A DNA stretch of 64,000 nucleotides from Chlorokybus atmophyticus (Eukaryota; Plantae; Mesostigma and Chlorokybus algae). This document shows, in pieces, positions 35,655 to 47,694 of this stretch; within the stretch, counting starts at the first letter, position 1; every line of letters starts with the position of its first letter. The position numbers and the translations under genes were made by a program. The notes beneath the pieces are model-generated. The model saw nothing but the letters and a program-made list of their open reading frames with translations. It ran no database searches and was not told the origin of the DNA. The stretch covers positions 875,478-939,477 of the forward strand of contig RHPI01002262.1 in the NCBI GenBank assembly GCA_009103225.1, in the 5' to 3' direction.

Positions 35655-38469
35655 TCATCTGCCGACGATGGCGTCTAGAGCATGGCGCACGGTGCTGTAC
35701 TTGAACCTAAACCCGAGCTCCTGAGCCCGCCTCGGGACCACCCTCTGACCCTCCAACACCTACGCGACAACAACAAAACACACACATTCGCATTCCTCAC
35801 CAGACACTCAGAAGCGACCTTGACACCGGAAAGTCCCAATCAGACAACACCCACATGCCCCACAAACACACGCACACGCGTGCGCGCGCGCTCACGTACG
35901 CATGCACTCACGCTCGCATGCCTACACGCATGCAAGCACGCACGCACAATAACGCGTGCACGCACACGAATGCGTACACACACGTACGTGCACACATATA
36001 TGCTCAAGCCACATACACATGCACACAAATGCGCGCATCCGAACACACACGCACACACATCCCCCGCCCTCCCACGCGCACGCGCACACGTGCATGCTCG
36101 ATAACAAACCACTCACCACTTTGGCTCCTTCTCCCAGCGCCATCTGCAGCGCAAACTCCGGTACCGGCAGCCAGCTCGGTCTCCCCAAGGCACTCCCCAG
36201 CTCCCTGCACATCTCGTCCATGCGCACGGGGTTGGGCGCGGTGCCGTTGAGGACTCCGTCGTAGGAAGGGTTGGAGAGGGACTCGAGGATGAGGGAGACG
36301 AGGTCGTCGCGGTGGACCCAACTGAACCACTGGCGACCGGAACCGAGGGGGCCGCCGGCGAAGAGCTGGAAGATAGGGAGCATCTTGGCTGGGGGAGGAG
36401 GAGACACAACAGGAGGTGAGAGGCAACATAAGAGGTGGATGCGGGCGTGCGCACGTGGAGTGTCCTATCGGGTGTTATTGTTGATGTTGTACGCACGCGC
36501 ATGCGTGTGTGCGAGCGCGTGCGCGTGCATGCATCAACGTGTGCGGGTGCGGGTGCGGGTGCGGGCGCGTGTGAGTGCGTGCGTGCATGCATGTGGGTGG
36601 ATGTGGGTGTGGTACTGTGATGAGGTGATGTTGTGAATTCTCACCTAATGCGCCACCATCTTTGTCGAGGACAATCCCAAACCTGATGGTTACGCGTCGG
36701 ACGCCGTCGGTGACTTTGGCGGCCTCGCTCTCCCACGCGCGGCACACCTGATGCGTCATAACTCATGACATTCAACCACACAAACGCATGATAACGCCAC
36801 ACACGCATGATAGGGCCTCGCACGGACGTGCACGCAGCACATACACGTGCGTGTGCGTGCACGCAAGTGCGCGAGCATGCATGCAACCACGAATGCATAC
36901 AAACATGCACACACGCACACATTAATGGCTCAATCACCTCAGCGAGGTAGTCGCTGCCGCTTGCTGCCCGCTCGTCGAACTCTTTCGCATCATCGCTCGT
37001 GCCGTAAAAGCCAACAGCCGAGGCGGACACGAGCACATTGGGCCGGTTCTTTGCACCGTTGATGGCCTCAACGACCTGACGTGTGCTTGTACGTGGGCGT
37101 GTGCATGTGGTTGTTGCGACTCTACACTTGTCTAAGGTACATTGTGAGTGTAAGAACCCCAACACATGTACATACCCTCTTTGTGGCTTCAGTTCGTGTG
37201 GTCTTGATGCCGGCCTTGACCTGCGTCAACCGGCCGTCGTGGGAAACCTCCTGCTGGCTAACCGTTGGACAAACATATACCCACATACACCCACACACCA
37301 GCACGCAGGCACATACCCACACTTTGACACACAGCATACATGCACGCACCCACGCGCCCACACCCAAGCACGCGCATGCACGCGTGGGTATATACGTGTG
37401 TGTGCATGCATGTGCGCACACTCACACGCAAATACCCCACGCATAAAGCCAAACATGCATGTGCGCGCGCACGCACATATTCCCACCCACGCCCTCGCAC
37501 GCACGCATGCACAGCGCCCTGTATCATCCTCCCACACCAACCCAACATGCACGCATCCACCAACGTACGGTGTCGTTCCAGCGTGTAGATATGGGCGCAC
37601 CCGCCAGGTTGACCACACTTGTGGCGCCCTCCACGCCACGCGCCCAGTCTTTGAGCTCGTAATAAGACAGCGCATCCTTTCTCCTCTCTGCAAGGCAACA
37701 ACACATTTTCATATGTGTTACTCTTGCAATGGTGTTGTTGTTGTTATCGTTGGGTCGCTGCTTTACCTCCTTTAAACAAGTTTTGTGCATTGGAGGCGTT
37801 TCGCGTCAGCACGCGCACTTCATGCCCGCCTGTAAAACCAACTTGCATGGTGATGCTGTTGTCGTTGTTGTTGTTGTTGTTGCACCATCGCAGAGCTCAG
37901 AAACTTGAGAATGCAGTGTGGGTACGACTGTGTGTGTGTGTACGACATGCATGCAACCAATGCATCACCAAGTAAACACAGACACTTGCCTTGCAGCAGC
38001 TTTGCGACAAGGCGCGAACCCACAAAGCCTGTGGCACCCGTCACGGCCACAACCATCTGCAGACATGCGAACCAACAACAGTGAATACAGAGCAATTAAC
38101 ACAACAAATTCAATAAAGATCCATGTGTATCAGCCTTCGTATTGGTTTGACGTATCCGACCTTGCCGCTTTGTGTCTGTGTCGCTTGTTGCTGTGTTTGC
38201 TGCTGTGCTTGGCAGCGAGGTGGTCGCCATGCACGATGCAACGGTACTCTCTGTCCACAGCTGACCCTCTCACCAACGACGCCGACAAGGACGCCGCCGC
38301 CGATGCGTGCCTCGCCGCCCAGGAAGCTGGAGGAAGGGGTGGCGGCGGCGGTGGGAGTGGCGTCCTTGCGCTGAGCGGGAGTGACTTCTCCCCGCAAGAC
38401 ACTTGACGACAACGACAACACCCTCGGCGACCCGACCGCCGCGGCCGCCGCCGCCGCCGCCGCCGCCAT
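35655..38469 (-). CDS. GC1: Plastid NAD-dependent epimerase-family protein GC1/AtSulA (SDR39U1/YfcH family); about 9 exons
   Basis: Transit-peptide exon 38469-38161, then [79 protein letters not shown] and [21 protein letters not shown]; stop TGA at 35657-35655. Confidence 0.95.
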
Positions 38470-38719
38470 GTTGCTGCACTCCTCTCTGCAAGCATGGCTG
38501 AAGGCGTGGATATCTTGAGATCCGCTCGAAGCCGTCCGATGATGGATTGGACCAGATCGAACGCCTCTTCGTGTGCCCACGTGGGCTGATGAGCACACTG
38601 TATCACCGCTCGCTTGTCAGCGCAGTTGTTGTTGGCATCAGCGGCGGCGGCGTTGGTGGTCAGGGACATTGACAAAGCGGAGCAGCAGGAGGTTTACGCA
38701 AGCGGCAGGAGCGGTCACC

Positions 38720-40347
38720 ATGGCGGTGGTAGCGACAGCCTCTGTGGCCTCCTGCTCGTCCGCGGCGACGGCGTCTTTGTCCTTGTCGTCGTCCAGGGCG
38801 GCGGCGGGGGCGGCGGCGGCCGCATGCAAGTTCAGGAGCAGGAGAGGGGTGTTGGCTACCTCCAGGCGGTCGGCAGGGCTGTCGCTGCGAGGGCGGCGAT
38901 CGTCGGTGCTCCAGGTGTGCGCCAGCGCAGACACCACCTCGAACGCAGACAGCACCACCACCAGCAACGCCGCGAGCAATGCCGCCGACACCGTCAAGAC
39001 TGCCGCTGACACCGTCAAGACTTCTGCTAACAAAGTCAAGGAGGAGCTTGTTGCGGATACCTCCTTCAACCTCGCCAAGGTGGTGCCTAATGCACTCATC
39101 CCACACAAGCAGCGCTTGCATTGTGTGCATTTTGCACCAAACAACACAACACACCAGCGGATCAGAGAGTAATATGTATGCATGGACGCCTCCCATGTTG
39201 TGCTTGTTGAGATGTTGCGCTCATTGTGTGCGTGTGTGTCTCTCACAAAACAGATCTCGCTGGGCACTGTGGGCCTCAGTCTCGGCTCCTTCCTGCTGAG
39301 GTAAGTCATTGATATGCCGCGTACGTGTGGGCATATGCTGCTTACCAGGGAGTGTGTGGGTCCTTCCCAACCCACATTGTACAATTTGTGTATGCGTGTG
39401 TGCCGACCACATTGAGACAGTTGAGACAACATGCCCACGTTGTGTCAGTTTCGGTTTCGGCGCCTACTTTGATCTCCTCCCCGGCGGTGCTTTCTCCGCC
39501 ATCATGTTGACGTACGGTTTCCCTCTCGCCCTGATCGGTTTCGCGTTGAAGTACGCGGAGCTCAAGCCCGTGGGTTGCGCCACGACGGGATCGGCCCTCG
39601 CCCTCCGCGACGCGCAGGCGACGGACATCCTGAAACAGGTCCGGAATGATGTGACCAGGTATAGATATGGAGATGAGCAGCATCTGGACGAGGCACTCAA
39701 ACGCATATTCCGATATGGACAGGTGGGTGGGTGTGGGCGTCTGTGTGTGCGTGTATTATACGTGTTGTGGGGTGCGAGCAAGTTCAAGTGTGCAAATGTC
39801 CATGTGAGAGTTGTGGCCATTGGCAGCTGTGTGTGTGCTTCTGTGTCTGTGTGCAGTTGTCCCTAGTGCATGCCCACGACCATGTGGTTGTGCGTAACGT
39901 GCGCACACGGAATATGCACCATCACAGCATGCACTGAGTAAGATTTTATGTTGTTAACGTGCGGGAGAGTCTCTCAAGCATGACAGCAGCATCTGCATCT
40001 GCCCATGCACACAGACGAACTACTCGCGTGTGGATTACTGCGCAGAACACGTGCAGCAGCATGTATGTATGCGATTCGTGGCTGTCACTTAATTGTTGTG
40101 TCATGTATCTATGCAGGCCGGAGGCATCCCGAGGCGGGGTGCCCCTGTCCTCGTGGGCATCCGCGAGGAGGTGCAGGATGAGGGCCGCTACACCCTCGTG
40201 CTGGAATTCGACCTCAGGCAGAGCAAGGTGGAGGACTTCACCTCACGTGAGGCCAAGTTCACGTCCTTCTTCGGGCCCGGCGTGCAAGCGCGCATTGTGG
40301 ATGCTGGCAACAACCGCGTGGATGTGGCACTTGTTGCCACCGCCTAG
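38720..40347 (+). CDS. APE1: Acclimation of photosynthesis to environment 1 (thylakoid DUF2854/slr0575-like protein); 4 exons
   Basis: Transit peptide, then LLSFGFGAYF..LPG..FSAIMLTYGFPLALIGFALKYAELKPV, QVRNDVTRYRYGDEQHLDEALKRIF, YTLVLEF and KFTSFFGPG. Confidence 0.93.
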
Positions 40348-41488
40348 TAGGTTGATGAAAAGAAAAGTTTTGCGTATGGAGTATATACTTAGAGACCACA
40401 TTGCCTCCCTGCATGTTTGGTTGTTTTTGTACATCCAATTGATATGATGCTTGTCTGCTTGTCTGTTTGACCTCACTTGATTTTTACTAGGACTCGACCA
40501 AATTGACTTGTATGTGTGAACCTCTAGATGTGGCATGCCCATTGAAACCAGTTGGCAAGCCCACTGATTCTGCAACCATGCCAGCCTGTGCTTGTTCCCA
40601 CAAATCTGATTTGATTACTTCATCATGAAACAAGCACAATCCGGTGGTGCGGCCATGCGCTGGGCGGCCCATCCCGCCGACCATGGAGGCAAATGCGGCG
40701 CTGGCTTTTGCAGTAGGTAGCTGGTCGGGTGCCAATGACGATGATGGCAGAGACGGCGGTAACTGTGCTGTGTGGTGGGATGCGGTAATGTGTACAAAAG
40801 ATGCAACTGGGTTGGGTGTACTGGATGCTGATCAGACATGCTACCGCACGGTATGTTTATTTGCACACACTGTACACACAATGCGCTACGTCATTGCTCA
40901 TGCATAGTGTCATTCATCACACGTATTGGAAAAAGCATATAGTCCGCACTTACTCTGCCATATATGTACACTGAGTTATACTGCTACACTATGTACATTA
41001 CCTACACTACCTACACCACCACCCCGTTAGTCATGCAAGTTATGCATACATCACAATGTAGTTACCTGCAGCAGGCAAGCACGCAAGCAAGCACGAGTCG
41101 CTGTCTTGCTATATGGCAGATTCACCGCATTGCATTCTTTGTACAAATGCATGTGTACAACAGATGGTATGCTACCATATGTGCTTGTGTGCGGACAAGG
41201 TGGTGTGCAGCAGTGAGCTACGGGTGCTGTGGTGTAAGTTTGTAGATTGTAGGTAGACTGTTGCTTTACATATGCATTACGAATGCACGGCCTGCCCCAC
41301 TACGCTACGACATCCAAAATGGTTGAATGCATTCTGCTGAGTACAGCTTGTTGAACACTCCACAGGTTGCAATCTGTTGAGCACAACACAGCAGACACGA
41401 TGAGGTAGGTAGCCAGGCCAGGCCACAACAGCTCAGCCCAGCTGATAAAATTGCAGCAACATCTTTGAAGCTCACACGCACTCATGGC

Positions 41489-44400
41489 CTAGTCTCCATA
41501 CAGAACCTCTTCCTGCACATCAATGATCTCTTCAACCTCAACTTCCTCAGCGTTGAGCTCTTCCTCCTCATCGGAGAGCGCGCCGTCCCGCAATTCAATG
41601 CGAGCCTCACGCTCTGCTTGCCGCTGGGCAAGGCGCTCTGCGTGCCACTTGCGGAAAGACTCCAATGCTTCGCGCCGTTCCTGTTACAAAGTAATGGATG
41701 ATAAGATGAGGTCGGGTCATGCGCACACAATAAACCGGGTATAAGAGCACTGACGTAGGCTATGCAGTGCATACCAGACACACGGCATGCATAAACGGTG
41801 TACACACAGATAGAGGCTTGTTTGGCTCAGACAATGCAGCAGCGTGATCACAGTAACAGATCCGCACCTGAAGGACAGCAGTGTCCTGCTCTGTGCGCAT
41901 AAGCTCATCCTCCTCCTCGTATCGCTTGCTGTATCGTTTCAAGTTCTTGATGATCTCCTGCTCCTTTTCAGGCGGGAGCAATGACGGCGGACGCGGCCTC
42001 CAGAGATACTGCAGTGAAATCACAGTCATCAACATGCAAGTACAACAAAGTGAATGAGACATGCACACACGCGCACACATGCTCTCTACGTAATGAGATG
42101 AAACAAGTACCTGGAAGAACCGGTCTCTCCTCATCTTGTACACAAGCTTCCCGTGGAACGACCACACGTTGAAGCCATTCTCCATCTGGTGAACGCTGGT
42201 CACGCTCGTGGCGACAAACCGCCCGGTGGGGTCCCAGTCCACGTCCGTGCACATGAAGTGCTCTGCAACAGCCATCGTCTCCAACTCATCCACGTTAAAA
42301 AACTCCAACTGGCCGTTCATGGTTTTAAGACCGGCCAGAATGAGATGCTTGCCCTGCAGTAAGTACTGATCAGCAAAGAAGCTCTCCAGCAGAAAGCCAA
42401 ACACCAACCGCTTGTGGTTTTGTTACTTTTGCAAATATGCACACACCTGCGGTGACCAGTACAGCATGTTGGCAGTCTTGCCCTTCAGTGTGGTCAGCAG
42501 CGTGACTCGCCCGCTCTTGCTGCCCTTCATGGTGTAGATGCTAACATCAGGTCGAGGGCCGTCGCCATGGATGATGGCAAACCTGTGGCCCTTGGGCTCC
42601 CACGCAAAGGCCACAATCTTGTCATTCTTGTTTTCCAACTCAAGGACCTCAATGGGAATGTCGCGCTCTGCAAAGCAAGCGCATGAGCAAACACAGCACA
42701 ATGCTACTCACCAGTCATCTGTGTTACTAACTGAATGAACCATGAATCATGAACTTACCATGCACACTGAGCAGTTCAAAGCCTGTGTACACGGACTTCT
42801 TCGTCTTGGTGTAGCGGTCCACTTTGACAGCGAGATACGCGCCCTCCTGCTGCCAGTACATCTTGCAGTCGCTCACGCTGAACAGGTTCTTCTGCCTCAC
42901 CTCCTCTTTTGATGGGATAGCGATCAAGCTTATCTAAAGGATTACACAACAGTAACTCAGCAACATGACTTGCCAACATGACTTGTGCAGTCTGCACAAA
43001 GGTGGGATGCGCAGCAATGGACATCATCAACAGCAACCTGCATAATAGACACCACATACCCTCGCTGGCTGGTTGCCGCCGTTGGACTCGGGAACAAAAA
43101 TGGCCATCATAGGGTCTGATGGAGACCAGCTGTAGTCGGCGAGCCCCTCGATCTTCAGCGACTTCTTATCCAGCAGGCCCATGCCAGGGGTTTCGTATAT
43201 GCTGATCTGGTTCTTGCCCATCTTGGAGAAGTACTTGTCATCCTTGCCGCCGGCCCACTTGAACACAGGCCACGCCACGTGGCCTCCCGTTGCAGGACCG
43301 CCGGGCACGGCAAAGTCCTCAGCGGGACCTTGGAACTGCCGCATGAGCTGCCCGGTGCGGATCTCATAGATGTTCAGCGTCACTGTCTGCATGACAAATG
43401 AAGATGTTGATGACCATGACATCTTCTGTTGCTCAGTCCTACACCGCCATATGCAAGCAGCGTGCACGTACTGCACTCTCAGACGGTCGTCGCGGTTCCT
43501 CACTGCTGTACGTAGCCATGTACACTTCGTTTGGTGAAAAATCAAGCAGACGAACCTGCAACAATCAAGGTTGCAAAAACGAAACTGCAGCTGCAGACCA
43601 CCAAGCCAAGCCATCCATACAAGGCAAGGCAAGGCAACTATGTATGCCAATCAGCCGCTACCAACCTGCTGGTGGCTGAAGCGGGAAAGTCGAGCCCATG
43701 ATGGTCCTCCCCACAGTGCTGCACCTTGCCTATGCACGGTCGCAAGATATGTACCCTTCGGTGACCACTGAACAAAGCTTTCTGTCCAGCACTGCGTTGC
43801 AAAAGATCCTCGTCACACATGCAAGCCACAATCATTTGATGCGGTAAGCTTGAGCCAGCAAAGGCGAAGGCTCACATTTCTCCTGTACACAGGATCTGGT
43901 TGCCCCTTCTTGGGATCATTCCAGTAGATCTCTGTCTCATCTGCATAACGAATGGCAAACTGGTCCCTTCCGCGCTCATCCAGCATGAACCCAAGCAAGT
44001 TCTCCTGCAATCACAACATGGCGTGAAGATAAGTAACTTCAACCTGAAGCCATTTATTGTTCAATCCACACCTCCTACCTTTGGTTGATACGGCTGGGGC
44101 TCTGGCGTATGATACTCATCAGGCACCTTAGAGTACCTCTCGAAGTCATCGAACATGTTGACCTTAAAGACGTGACTCTTATCAAGCTTGTAACCATCAG
44201 TGTTCTCCTTGGCGGCAACAGCTTCCTGTAAGACCAGGACATCAGCCACCATGACAGCCCGGTATACAAGCATGTACCGGTGGCTATGGTTAACTTGCCT
44301 GCGGCGTCATGAATTCCACAAACGCATAGCCTTTGGTTTTGCCACTCTCATCGGTTGGCATCCAAAGGCCATTATCGCGAATCGTGCCAAGCTGGCCGAA

Positions 44401-45270
44401 GATCTTCTTCACCACAGTGACCAGCTTGTCAAACTTTTCGTGAGGGACTTGAGGGAGATGATCGACAACAATCACGTTGCCAAAACCGCTCTCCGTTTGC
44501 GGCAACTCATCTTCATCTTCTTCCTCCTCATCACTGACAATCATCACCAAAGTATGGGAGAGCTAAACTTGAGGACTAATTGGCAACACGACATCAAGCA
44601 ACGGTTGCATGCAAGTGTGACAACATGCTTGCTGATTGCAGTACACGGCCAATCAGATCTGATAGCAGCCTGAAAAGCCCAGCATCCCTAATTGCATAGC
44701 GACGAGAAAAGGGCAACAGCTCGTAGAAGTATTGTGGCTGCATGTATGCAGCCGGGTCGCAATCATAGCACCCATCCCCTGACTTGTACTGACTGCAATT
44801 GCTGTGCAAGCAAGCGGAAAAGACGCCAAATCACCTGAGTACCTCGTGTTTCAATTGCATGCATGCAGCAGCAGCCAGACCACTGTAGACCCGACATTAG
44901 TCCTTGAGAATGAGAGATAACCGTCGCATCCCAAGCTTGTATGCAGCAACACCAACATGTCGCCAACGACGTTTGCCAGTAGCGGGCTACCTCTCCAGTA
45001 CAGACCCACGCTGTGCAGACTCTTTATCGCTTGCAAGCATGATCTAACAGCAGCACGCAAAGTCTAAAGATCTGTGCCTGACAAAGTGGGAGACACCTCC
45101 TTGCCTGGGCGAAAGTTGCCAATAAGAATCCCGCACCTGTGAATGCCCATGTCATCGCCGGCAGGCAGCTGGATGCGGTCCAAGTCGACCTTGCTCCAGT
45201 CTATGTGGACTTCATCCTCCAGCTGCTTGCTGTTGGGCGCAGCAGGCGCCGACACATCAAGCGCCGGCAT
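41489..45270 (-). CDS. eIF3b: Eukaryotic translation initiation factor 3 subunit B; about 14 exons
   Basis: RRM ([11 protein letters not shown]...[10 protein letters not shown]), [82 protein letters not shown] and an acidic C-terminus; stop TAG at 41491-41489. Confidence 0.97.
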
Positions 45271-45396
45271 GGCGGCTTTGAAAAAGCGGCAGCAGTAGAG
45301 GCTACACGTCTGTAGCCTCTACTGCCAACGCGCTCGTGCTTGCCTTTGATGACGCCGCCGCCTGCAGCGTTGCCGCCGCCACCGCCACCGTCGCCC

Positions 45397-45418
45397 AACC
45401 CTAATCTCTGGTTAGGGC
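45397..45418. promoter_or_regulatory. Inverted pair of telo-box-like motifs (AACCCTAA...TTAGGGC) about 130 nt upstream of the eIF3b ATG
   Basis: Read directly. Telo-boxes are characteristic of plant translation-apparatus gene leaders. Confidence 0.5.
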
Positions 45419-46521
45419 TTTGCCGCCATACTACGTCATCCCGTAGGCCGCTGCTTGTGGCATGGACATCGCTTGTCCTACTATTCTCGCATTTCACGTC
45501 CGTTATATTCATTTAGACAATTATGTCACTTGTAGACTACAAGTTGTAGTGTAAACTCCTAAAATGATTAGAAGCTGTTGTGCATGCAACAGTGGCAATT
45601 ACACGTAAGTTACATTACAAGATACAGAAAGCAATGCGTTGAGTTGAGGCCATCATGCACAGTATTGATAATGTTATTATGTAATAAATGATTACGATAA
45701 TCATGTTAAACAAATATGACGGTATTTACAATGTATAAGTATGGCGTGAGCTAGACGATCACATGTAACATTATATCTACAATAAGGCACTCAACGGTTT
45801 ATAGCCCGTGAAATATTGACGAATGTTTTATTCATTCATTGAAAATGCATTTTGTACTTTTGATGCAACATGCAGCTTACTTTGTATACCAATGCTCTTT
45901 TATACCAGTTAGATTTGAATTTGTTACACGATGTATAATGCAACTGGAATCTAATGAACATTACCAGTCAATTAACAAGTAAGCACATTTTTATTTTTTG
46001 TGTTTGCTCAAAAGATGTAATGATTGCAAGTAATGACAACACTTGCACATTGACCATGTGATGTTTATCGACTCATCATGTGCATGCGTACATGTAGTAC
46101 CTGCTATACTCGTGGAATATTGTACTGGCATATATATACACTTTGTTGCTGTTGCTATGTGTGCTATTGCGCTTGCTTGTGTGAACGATGACAGCACTAG
46201 GTGGGTCACATGCTGAGCGCGCCTGTCTTGATCATGAGCGGTGAGGCTGTGTATAAGAGATGGTATGCTGGATTAGTTGCTTGTGTGTGTGTGTGTGTGT
46301 CTCTATGTGTATGTGTGTGTGGGTGTGCAAACTTTAGCGTCTCATAACTCATTACTCTCATTACTCCTGCACTGTGTGCATGTGCATAAATCTGAAGCCT
46401 TGAGGGGCCAGGTAGCAAATAGGGGCCAGGTTGGAATGCCACGCAGTGCTTGCTAACACACCCAAGCACAAGCCACGCACTCACACAAACACCAGGCCGC
46501 TCACATAAACGTAATAGCACC

Positions 46522-46666
46522 AGAGGCAAGGGGGCCTAGGCTAGGACATCAGTAAGTGAATGCAACGGCGGTCAAGTAGTAGAGGCAGTAGCCAACGTAC
46601 CTGCCACAACCCCAGAGCGACGTTAGCAACCGCAGCCACGCACTTAGCCTAGGCCCCCTTGCCTCT
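46522..46666. repeat. 145-bp element bounded by a perfect 22-bp inverted repeat (MITE-like or hairpin)
   Basis: AGAGGCAAGGGGGCCTAGGCTA (46522-46543) and TAGCCTAGGCCCCCTTGCCTCT (46645-46666) are exact reverse complements. No target-site duplication is seen. Confidence 0.6.
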
Positions 46667-47694
46667 TGCATGCTTGCTTGTGCTTGTGTGTGCTTGTACT
46701 TGTGTACTTGAGTGCGGACTTGCATCATCAGTACTTGGTCAACCTATACACTTGCAGATCTTATACCCTTAGTAACTACTGGTTAGTTATGATGCGCACA
46801 CACATGTCGTCATGTCGTCACGTAATTCATACCTACATTATTACATAAGCTTATGTGCATCTGTGCATTGGCATTGCGTGTGAACAGAGTAACCACATCA
46901 TGTCACTTTGCGAGTAGTCGAGTGACGTATAAGTGGCAATCATGGACACTGGCAATCACTCTTTACATAGGGCCTGTAGCTGTACATGTTGCTAGTGATG
47001 TACGCCGGTGTTGAAGCTAATCACCATTTGATAAGCAAGCCCAATGTAGTGCTGCATTTCTCTACCTACAGCAAGTATTAGCATGCTAGCATAAGGTATA
47101 AGCCATAGGGCAAAGAAGCAGTCCAAATGCACAATAAGCAGCACCACAAACAATAACCAACCTAGCCACAAAGACAAGCACAGGCAACATCAGCATGTCA
47201 ATTATCACAGAAGTTTTACAACTATGTGCACTACGTGCTCTAGGCGGGGCGGTGGGATGCAATGGCAAACAGCAAGGCAGAAACAACCATCCAACCAAAT
47301 TTGAGCACACATGCACATGCGCAAGGTCCTTTGGAGAGCGGCGCAGCAGCAACAGCAAGTGTGTGAAGGCAGGAGTGCTGCTGCATAGAATGCTTTAGTC
47401 AGCCTGACAACACCTTGATTACCAGATAACCTCCTCCCTTGACAAGCAAGACCTAGAATGGGACCTCTTTTACCTCCACACCCTAAGGTTACGACTAGCA
47501 AAGCATGGCATAGCATGCTATATACTTACAGCACCTCTTCGTAGACAACCTCCTTCCTTAACCGGCAAACCCTACATCTAAAACCTCTATGACTTGACCG
47601 CACTATGGAACCTATTAGAACAACAAACACTTTATTCAGCACAAGACCGACATGCAGCACAACGGGTCCATTGATGGGTATGCATACAAGCAAC

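Noticed and set aside
40487-40907. GC-rich patch with short ORFs between APE1 and eIF3b
   Set aside because: No recognisable protein or exon structure. It is likely 3'UTR sequence.
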